From Chiloscyllium plagiosum (Eukaryota): a DNA stretch of 20,000 nt. Numbering within the stretch: the first letter of the stretch is position 1; the number at the start of each line of letters is the position of its first letter. A program made the position numbers and the translations under genes. The notes beneath the pieces are model-generated. The model was not told the DNA's origin, did no database searches, and saw only the letters and a list, made by a program, of their open reading frames with translations. Positions 1 through 6,804 of this stretch are shown here, piece after piece. The stretch lies in contig NC_057756.1 in the NCBI RefSeq assembly GCF_004010195.1, positions 322,764 through 342,763 of the forward strand, in the 5' to 3' direction.

Positions 1-350
1 TCTACCTGAAGGTGTTTCCAGGGTCCCCTTGGTCTGGGCTGGTGTCCCATCCTAACTTTTATGGGTCTCCCTGGGTTATGTTGTGCACAAACCATGCATC
101 TGTGGCAGTATTTGGCCACATCTCTTCCCATTCACTTCCACCACCACTCTCTCCCTAGGCTTGCTATCATGGCCTCTCTACTTGTATGGGAGAGCCTGTG
201 GTGTAGTTCAAGCAATATGTTCTGTATTCACATTGGCGCTACCACCGTGTCTGCTCACCTCCAGACACCATCCTCCCCTTTGAATGCCCCCTGCACTTCC
301 CATTTCTCTCTCTCTTCCTGTGGGGTGTCCTCCTGTAGATGCTGAATTTG
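1..350 (-). pseudogene. pol: Integrase N-terminal zinc-binding domain and start of catalytic core
   Basis: ELHHRLSHTSREAMIASLGREWWWK*MGRDVAKYCHRCMVCAQHNPGRPIKVRMGHQPRPRGPWKHLQV(D): HHCC motif followed by the PW..LQVD core start, with in-frame stops. Confidence 0.92.
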
Positions 351-419
351 GATCGTGTCTTTTGCTCATTCAATGGTGGCTATTGCAGCCTCGTCAATGG
401 CTTGTTGTTCTAGGGCATT

Positions 420-860
420 CTCAGCTGCTCAGTCTGCTGCCTGGTTTCCTTTGAATTTTAGCCAACCTGGACTCTCCTTTGCTGGCTCTTTTCAATGGGC
501 CATTATTTTAATTACTGCAGCCTGTTTTGGCTGTTCACTGGTATGCAATAGTGCCTGAATTCTTAATTGGTGTCTGATAGTGGTTCCTCCTGCAGTCATG
601 AACCCTCTTCCACCCCCATGCCACCACCTAGTCATGGACTACACTGAAGACATATTGACTGTCCGTATATATATATATTCACCATTTTTCCATTTGCTAG
701 TTTCAGTGCTTTGGTGAGTGCCACCAGATCTACTACCTGTGCAGACTGACTTCCGTCAATCCTCCCAAACATAACTGTTTCTAACTTATCATTTACCACA
801 GCCCATCCTGTTTGGGGAGACCCAGCTACGTATTTTTGTGACCGTCCATGAAGAGGGTTT
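420..860 (-). pseudogene. pol: Retroviral-type ribonuclease H domain
   Basis: LFMDG/(frameshift)SQKYVAGSPQTGWAVV...SQSAQVVDLVALTKALKLANGKMVNIYIYTDSQYVF...IKIMAH*...KGNQAAD. All four acidic catalytic positions are recognisable (E position reads D). Confidence 0.92.
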
Positions 861-899
861 CCTCAGCTGTGTCTAGGAGGGTATCTTTTACTCTCCCAC

Positions 900-1330
900 C
901 AATCATCATCCCCATCTATATCGCCACAGCTGTGCGGTTCCCCGTGTCTAGAATTCCCTCAGCTGGGTTTTCTCCCATATCCCTGACTATTACCACGGAC
1001 CAACTTGAAGGTAAAAGAACTGCTTCCCACTTTGCCCTTCTCATATTGGAAATGGCACTCAGTTTCCCTGTGTTTAGCATCTCTACTCGGATGTGTTTAG
1101 TGTGGAGGGTGACATTCTCTGTCATTAATATGGGCTTGCTAATCCTAACTGCCCAAGCAGCACAGTCTAAGGCTGCTTTGCACCTGCGCAACCCGGTCAC
1201 TACTGGCCCTCCTGTAGTTGAGTAGTACCCTATGGCCTTCCCCTGCTACCGTGGTTTTGGGTGACCACTGTGGAGTAAAATCTTCTCTCATTACTACAGT
1301 GGATGTGAAAATCCTTGCTGGGATCTGGCA
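900..1330 (-). pseudogene. pol: Tether/connection domain (degenerate RNase H)
   Basis: ORFs 1230-1547 and 916-1200 give LISAPGIGLPDPSKDFHIH...STVVTQ...PVVTGLRRCKAALDCAAWAV...ISNMRRAKWEAVLL, resembling the retroviral connection subdomain between RT and RNase H. Confidence 0.8.
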
Positions 1331-2035
1331 GCCCTATCCCAGGGGCCGATATGAGTCGAGACTTCAGCTGACTGTATGCCTCTTCCTGTTCCGGCCCCCA
1401 GGTCACAGGTTCCAAGGCGGGTTTGCCTCCTTTAATTAGTCTCTGGATCGGTTCAGCCAATTTTGCGAATTCTGGTATAATGCTCCTTCTGTAATTAAAT
1501 AGCCCCAAGACCGTTCTGACTCCACTGACTGTCGCAGGTCGTGGCATCTGCTGGAGTGCTTTCTAACAGTCATTGGGCATTTCTTTGGGTTCCTAGGATA
1601 TGAGGTGTCCCAGGTATAAGACTTTGTCTTCTGCCAATTTGTGCCCTTGTGGGGCCATCTTTTAACCCTGCAGTTGTCAATTCCTATAACACTAGACATA
1701 AAACTTCCTGCTGTCCTGACTTGGACTCTGAGGCAATTAGCATATCATCTACATATTGGAGGGCAGTGCTACCCTCTGGTAAATCTAGTCTGTTCAGAAT
1801 GTCACTCATCACCCTATGAAAAATAGTGGGGCTGTTGTGGAACCCTTGTGGCAGGCGAGTCCACATATACTGCCTGTCCCTTACTGTAAAGCAAATTTAT
1901 TCTGGGACTCTGGGTGTAAGGGGATAGACCAGAGCCAGTTGGCTATGTCTAAAACAGTAAAAATCTTGTGCTCGGCAGCCAAATCATTTAAAATGGTGGA
2001 GGGATCTGCTACAATGGGGTGCAATTTGGGGGTGA
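1331..2035 (-). pseudogene. pol: Reverse transcriptase, palm/thumb part
   Basis: TPKLHPIVADPSTILNDLAAEHKIFTVLDIANWLWSIPLHPESQNKFA/FTVRDRQYMWTRLPQGFHNSPTIFH...LQYVDDMLI (YVDD at 1744-1755), then VRTVLGLFNYRRSIIPEFAKLAEPI. Confidence 0.95.
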
Positions 2036-2038
2036 AAA

Positions 2039-2285
2039 TAGAACATAGAACATAGAACAATACAGCACAGAACAGGCCCTTCGGCCCACGATGTTGTGCC
2101 GAACATTTGTCCTAGCTTAAGCACCCATCCATGTACCTATCCAATTGCCGCTTAAAGGTCACCAAAGATTCTGACTTTACCACTCCCACAGGCAGCGCAT
2201 TCCATGCCCCCACCACTCGCTGAGTAAAGAACCTACCCCTAACATCTGTCCTATACCTACACAACCTTAATTTAAAGCTATTATC
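2039..2285 (-). mobile_element. CR1 LINE 3' end with (TTCTATG)n tail
   Basis: Minus strand encodes DVRGRFFTQRVVGAWNALP...TFKRQLDRYM, then the GGGCCGAAGGGCCTGTT 3' motif and a microsatellite tail (plus strand tagaacatagaacatagaac). Confidence 0.9.
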
Positions 2286-2429
2286 CTCTGTGAGAAGAAA
2301 TGCACCGTCACCTATTGATATGAACAAGAGTTGAACATAGGGGCTCAGGGAAGAGTGAATGGCCACGATATAAAGGCAATATTTGACTGAGGGTGTCATC
2401 GGGACAACCTATATATTTGAGCTGAATGG

Positions 2430-2755
2430 GAATTAGGTGTAACCTCCCGACTCGTTGGGGTCTTTCAGAGTACAAAGAAAGATGCTTGAGATCAATGGTC
2501 GACAGTCTTCTCAGTCCCCGGACATTTCTTCAGGAGATCCTTAGGTTAGTTCCTTAGCACAAACACCTTCAGCTGTTTCATCAATGTCTTTCGCCATCAC
2601 AAGATCAGAAGTTGGGAGGGTTACTGAAGATCACACAATGTTCAGAACAATGTGCCCCTCACCCCCTCAGCTCCTGAACCAATCTGTGTCCATGTGCAGC
2701 AAAACCTGGACAAAATTCAGTCATGTGCTGTTAAAGTGCCTGTGACATTCATACA
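2430..2755 (+). mobile_element. Old L2/CR1-group LINE RT fragment
   Basis: Degenerate remnants of the PQGS..FSCFIND..RSEVG..ADD region, followed by VHVQQNLDKIQSCAVK.PVTF (the QQDLDNIQAWADKWQVTF-type motif). Confidence 0.6.
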
Positions 2756-2997
2756 ACAGCACGGACAGATACTGTACATTTCCACAGTTAAAAGAGAAGC
2801 TCATTCAGCATCTCAAGCTTGTTACGCACTGATATTTGGAAGCTATTCAGCCCATCGAAATTACTGATCAAGAAGAGGGACAACACATTCAATTCTCCTG
2901 CCTGTTCCAAGGAAGAGGTTGGGTCTGGTCAGCACATCGAGCTGTTAAATAGGAGCAGGCAGAGCCCAATCAGGCGCTTGAACCTATTCCATGTAAC

Positions 2998-3350
2998 CAA
3001 GTGCTGGCTGTCCCTAATCAAGCAGTGTCTTTCCAGATACTCATAAATCCTATTCCTCAGTACCCTTTCCATTACTTTACCTACCACCGAAGTAAGACTT
3101 ACTGGCCTGTAATTCCCGGGGTTATCCCTATTCCCTTTTTTGAACAGGGGCACAACATTCGCCACTCTCCAGTCCCCTGGTACCACCCCCGTTGACAGTG
3201 AAGATGAAAAGATCATTGCCAACGGTACTGCAATTTCCTCTCTTGTTTCCCACATAATCCTAGGATATATCCCATCAGGCCCGGGGGACTTGTCTATCCT
3301 CAAGTTGTTCAAAATGTCCAACACATTTGGACCTACCCTCGTTCTCGTCA
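2998..3350 (-). mobile_element. CR1 ORF2 internal fragment
   Basis: IDKSPGPDGIYPRIMWETREEIAVPL...DWRVANVVPLFKKGNRDNPGNYRPVSLTSVVGKVME...IRDSQH within ORF 2929-3456. Confidence 0.92.
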
Positions 3351-3516
3351 TTAACATTTCGGGCATAAGCCCTTCTTCAGGAATGATTCCTGAAGAAGGG
3401 CTTATGCCCGAAACGTCAATTCTCCTGCTCCTTGGATGCTGCCTGACATGCTGCACTTTTCCAGCAACACATTTTCAGCTCTGATCTCCAGCATCTGCAG
3501 TCCTCACTTTCTCCTC
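3351..3516. mobile_element. Penelope-like terminal repeat, head-to-head inverted copy
   Basis: Perfect 28-bp inverted arms at 3357-3384 and 3386-3413. The forward unit 3385-3516 is homologous to 12089-12220, 14363-14485 and 16888-16947. Confidence 0.75.
3385..3424 (+). ncRNA. Minimal type I hammerhead ribozyme motif
   Basis: CTGAAGA (3390-3396), A, stem II GGGC-ttat-GCCC, GAAA (3410-3413), CGTC. Predicted cleavage is after C3417, and stem III is reduced to the ACGT palindrome. Confidence 0.72.
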
Positions 3517-3830
3517 TGCAATTTGGGTGTGACCTTATTTCGTCCTGTATAATCAATGGTGAGCTTGTAGCTCCCATCAGGCTTTAGTACTGGCCACATC
3601 GGGGAATTAATTGTACTTGTAGTTTCTTTCAGGTTTCCCGGTTTCATTAGTCCTTTCACTATCTCCACAACTGCGTGTTCTGCTTTGGGTTTTATTGAGT
3701 TTTGCCGGTGGGGCTTATGCTTCACTCCGGGAACCCTTATAGGGTCTATGTTAACTATACCTTTTAACATTTGGGGGTGAAAATGTGTTGCTGGAAAAGC
3801 GCAGCAGGTCAGAAACTTTGTTTCCATCCA
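3517..3830 (-). pseudogene. pol: Reverse transcriptase, N-terminal part
   Basis: WMETKF[15-aa insert]LKGIVNIDPIRVPGVKHKPHRQNSIKP...TINSPMWPVLKPDGSYKLTIDYTGRNKVTPKL. It joins the 1331-2035 segment at the duplicated TPKL codons. Confidence 0.92.
3769..3812 (-). repeat. Short insertion: 16-bp copy of the 2024-2039 junction overlapping a 35-bp Penelope-like piece
   Basis: atttgggggtgaaaat is identical at 2024-2039 and 3769-3784. Segment 3778-3812 is the near-exact reverse complement of ~3443-3477. Confidence 0.8.
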
Positions 3831-3984
3831 GGCTGCAGGGATTGAGGGGCAGATGAATCTGAATCCCCCCCTTTGAGGTTCCAGTCCCTACTGTAACCAC
3901 TTTAATACTTTCAAGGTGACTTGCAAGTTTCCCAATTTCGGTCTCTCGACCATCAATTTCCCTTTTGCACAAGTCATTAGAACA

Positions 3985-4250
3985 TTATATTCTTTCATGA
4001 GATCATTGCTCATTATGGTGCCCTCATTATTTTGGCATACATAGAATTTAATGGGGATATATATATATTGTTTATTTCTACGAGGGTAGTTTTGCTTAGG
4101 TAAGCTGGTGTTTTATCCCCTCCTACCTCCATTAAGTGAATCATTTCATTTGTGTGGGGTAAGGGTAAGTTTGTGATAGATATGGCCACTCCTGTGTCCA
4201 TTAGCATTTCACATTCCCTCCGTCCTATTATTGCAGGCGTGTAAATTCTC
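3985..4250 (-). pseudogene. pro: Retropepsin aspartic protease
   Basis: DGRIYTPAIIGRRECEMLMDTGVAISIT (DTG at 4190-4198)...VGG... After an (AT)n frameshift at ~4057-4068 it reads IPIKFYVCQNNEGTIMSNDLM, a degenerate ILGxD motif. Confidence 0.9.
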
Positions 4251-4329
4251 CCATCTCCCTTCCCCTCACGAATGGGAGGAGCCAGTTGACAGCTCTGCTG
4301 ACCTCTTAACTCCTGCAGTTCCACGGTCT

Positions 4330-4830
4330 TCCTGGTGGTATTTGGGGGTGCCCTATGCTTTTCCCAGCACACTGAATCTATGTGTCCTATTTTGTTGCAG
4401 TGGCTGCAGTATTTTACATTGTTCCCTGCTCTATTCCCCGCTCATGGAGCCCTACATTCTCTAGCAAAGTGTCCCTGTTGGCCACAGTTGCAGCAGGATA
4501 GTTTTATTCTGCTCTCTCCTCCATTCTGGTAGGCTGCTTTGTCAGGTCTTGCCCTTATCACAGGAGCTTCTGCCTCCTGCACCCTGCTAGCCCACTCAAC
4601 TAGATCATCGTAATCCGGGGACATTATTCCTCCCATTTTCAGGAGGGCTTGGTGTGCAGTAGAAAGCCCGTCTTTAAAAGCTTGGATGTTCCCCCGATCT
4701 AGATTCGCTTGCACTGAGCATTCCTGATAGATCCTAAATAATTGTTCTCCATACTCAGAGGCTCCTTCCTCTTTAAGTTGCCGAGTGGATGGGAACTTCT
4801 CTACCCCCTGACCAATAATACTGTCCCAGT
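4330..4830 (-). pseudogene. gag: Gag C-terminal half: MHR-like motif, capsid CTD and two CCHC zinc knuckles
   Basis: RQLKEEGASEYGEQL (QxxxExxxxYxx[R]L pattern, ~4739-4780), AFKDGL, CCNCGQQGHFAREC and CSHCNKIGHIDSVCW. A TGA at 4442-4444 lies between the knuckles. Confidence 0.88.
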
Positions 4831-5661
4831 ACCGTCTGTACGGCTGTAGCAGCCTCCAAGCATGTTGTACTCTCTACCGGTGGGACCTCTCTACCCACCT
4901 GGCCACCACTACCAGTTGGTACTTACCGGTCAGTTGGGAATGCTGGTTCAATAGGGTGTGCTCTCTACCGGGGCCTCCTCTGCCCTCCCAGCCACCTCTA
5001 CTGACCTGATGCCTCCCGATAGGCCCAGAAACCTACCTCTAGCCTGGTGTGTTCTCTACCGGTGGGACTCTTTACCCTTCCGGATGCCATTATTCTGTCT
5101 TTCTACTATGGACTGACAGAGTGTCACAGTTTCTCAGTGTCCATGCTCCCTGCTTTGGTAACGTGCGCCCCACTGAGGTTTCGCTCTTGGTCGGAATGAT
5201 CAGCTCCTCTTCCTCACCACATTGGAAATTATAAATACAATCAGCACCCAACTTTTAAATTAAACTCTAACTGGACTCTGCTTTGTTCGCCCCTACAGAG
5301 TCCAATTTTACTTGACTTTGCCACTTGTGCTTCACAGCCCTCGGTGCCTCAATTCCCACTTCAAATCCTGACCTTCGTGTGAGGGGGGCTACCCCTCTGA
5401 ACAACTGGTTTAGGGCAGGGTCTTTGAGACATGCACGTACTTGTCCATTGGTTGTTTCAGCACAAGCAGTAGGTTCTCACAGCAGTTAATACGGTTAACA
5501 CTTATTCTCCACAGACATGCACATATTTTGTTTTTTATCTCAGTACTGCAGCAAATTAGATATTACAATTGGTATACCTTTTAAACTGTGTCTTTGGCCT
5601 GGTCTGACTCTTCCCGTTTGCAGGTACAAATTGGTTCTTACACCGGCTCCCCAATCGTGGC

Positions 5662-5679
5662 CTAATAAGAACAGCACCA
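5662..5679 (-). promoter_or_regulatory. Putative primer-binding site (atypical)
   Basis: TGGTGCTGTTCTTATTAG begins 2 nt after the LTR-terminal CAACA. Only the first ~9 nt resemble a tRNA 3'-end complement. Confidence 0.6.
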
Positions 5680-5733
5680 ATTGTTGCAGGGAGAATCACC
5701 AGCCTCGGAGTCAGAGTCGGGGTTCAACAACAG

Positions 5734-5739
5734 TTTATT
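5734..5739 (-). terminator. LTR polyadenylation signal AATAAA
   Basis: About 50 nt before the LTR end and about 100 nt after the TATA box. Confidence 0.7.
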
Positions 5740-5835
5740 GTACAAGGAAATACCGGACTCTAGGGAGAGAAAGACACCAACAGCACAGGGGTCAACTGCG
5801 ATTCTTCTCTCGACCCAGAGCACATGTCAAGATAC

Positions 5836-5842
5836 TTTTATA
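5836..5842 (-). promoter_or_regulatory. LTR TATA box (TATAAAA)
   Basis: Position relative to the poly(A) signal and LTR end fits a U3/R/U5 layout. Confidence 0.65.
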
Positions 5843-5919
5843 CATTTTCTAATATAATAGCTCAGTGATGAGGTTATTCTGTCTGTAACATAGTTTGTTT
5901 ATTGTAAACATTGCAGAAT

Positions 5920-6024
5920 CGTTGATAGTTTCGGTGCAGTCATTGTCAGTTCTAGCACATACTTTGTTAATTTCCACATGGTCATTGTTAGTTTCAGTGT
6001 ACACATTGTCAGTTTCAATGCCTG
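5920..6024. repeat. Five degenerate 21-bp tandem repeats in U3
   Basis: cgttgatagtttcggtgcagt / cattgtcagttctagcacata / ctttgttaatttccacatggt / cattgttagtttcagtgtaca / cattgtcagtttcaatgcctg. Confidence 0.8.
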
Positions 6025-6409
6025 CATGGAAGTCCATTGCTGTAGTAATGGGCGCTAATTGCTCTTCCTGAGAAAGACGATTACTGCAGCCCTGGCTATT
6101 AGCACTTTCTATTGAGTCTATATCAAACTGTTAGCATTTCTATCAAAGGTGTTGGCTGGATCCACTTCGGCCGGCAGTGTACGTTACTCATGTGTATTCA
6201 CTCCCCCACCCACCTTAAACTTATCAACGGGGCTGTGGGTGCATTGTGTTGGCACTCTGGTGGCCCCAGGCAGTGCCTGTATTTGCTCTGCTGTTTCTCT
6301 CCATATTGTGGTCCGGCAGCCAACTTGTGTGCCAAGTGGCCAACTTTGGCCAAAAAAAATACATTCTAGATCACTAAAGTCCCTTAGGGTCTGGCTTAGA
6401 TGTGACAGT

Positions 6410-6717
6410 GGGTGGCATGGTGGCACAGTGGTTAGCACTGCTGCCTCACAGCGCCAGAGACCCTGGTTCAATTCCTGACTCAGGTGACTGACTATGTGGA
6501 GTTTGCACATTCTCCCCGTGTCTGCGTGGGTTTTCTCCGGGTGCTCTGGTTTCCTCCCATAATCCAAAGATGTGCAGGTCAGGTGAATTGGCCATGCTAA
6601 ATTGCCTGTAGTGTTAGGTAAAGGGGTAAATGTAGGGGAATGGGTGGGTGGTGGGTCGGTGTGGACTTGTTGGGCCGAAGGGCCTGTTTACACACTGTAA
6701 GTAATCTAATCTAATCT
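6410..6717 (+). mobile_element. tRNA-derived V-SINE (HE1-like shark SINE), full length
   Basis: A box TGGCACAGTGG (6421-6431), B box GGTTCAATTCC (6465-6475), V-domain gtggagtttgcacattctccccgtgtctgcgtgggt, CR1-like 3' motif gggccgaagggcctgtt and a (TAATC)3 tail. Confidence 0.9.
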
Positions 6718-6804
6718 TATGGCTCAGCAGCCATCTTGTGTGTCTGTGTGCCAAGAGTCACCCTGGCCCATGCCACCTCCCACTTCACTGGTTCCTTTTG
6801 ATTC

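Larger units (their letters stand above)
1..6200 (-). mobile_element. Decayed endogenous retrovirus-like provirus (5' LTR-gag-pro-pol), truncated by the left window edge inside integrase
   Basis: Hand translation of the minus strand gives the colinear order LTR, gag MHR, 2x CCHC, DTG protease, RT, tether, RNase H, HHCC integrase, with many stops and frameshifts. The right (LTR 5') boundary is uncertain. Confidence 0.93.
5682..6200 (-). repeat. 5' LTR of the provirus (far boundary uncertain)
   Basis: The minus strand shows TATAAAA (5836-5842), AATAAA (5734-5739) and terminal CAACA (5682-5686) followed by TGG. The second LTR is not in the window. Confidence 0.75.

Noticed and set aside
666..678. 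(AT)n runs here and at ~4057-4068 as programmed frameshift signals
   Set aside because: They look like post-insertion microsatellite slippage at Ile-Tyr codons, not slippery heptamers.
2929..3456. 175-aa ORF as a novel fusion protein with a palindromic peptide start
   Set aside because: It is a chance read-through from the Penelope-like palindrome into a CR1 ORF2 fragment.
1..4830. Classification as a true foamy virus or an ordinary Gypsy element
   Set aside because: Two CCHC knuckles and an MHR-like motif argue against foamy virus. Tether plus retroviral-type RNase H argues against ordinary Gypsy.
5670..5790. Self-priming (Tf1-like) PBS, suggested by aacagcac occurring in both PBS and R
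   Set aside because: The 8-nt match is a direct repeat, not complementary, so it cannot form a priming duplex.
5920..6024. CRISPR-like array or 7-aa repeat protein (ORF 5849-6037)
   Set aside because: The units are contiguous with no spacers, the context is eukaryotic, and they sit upstream of an LTR TATA box.
6410..6480. tRNA gene
   Set aside because: The A/B boxes belong to the SINE head and continue into a V-domain and LINE-like tail.
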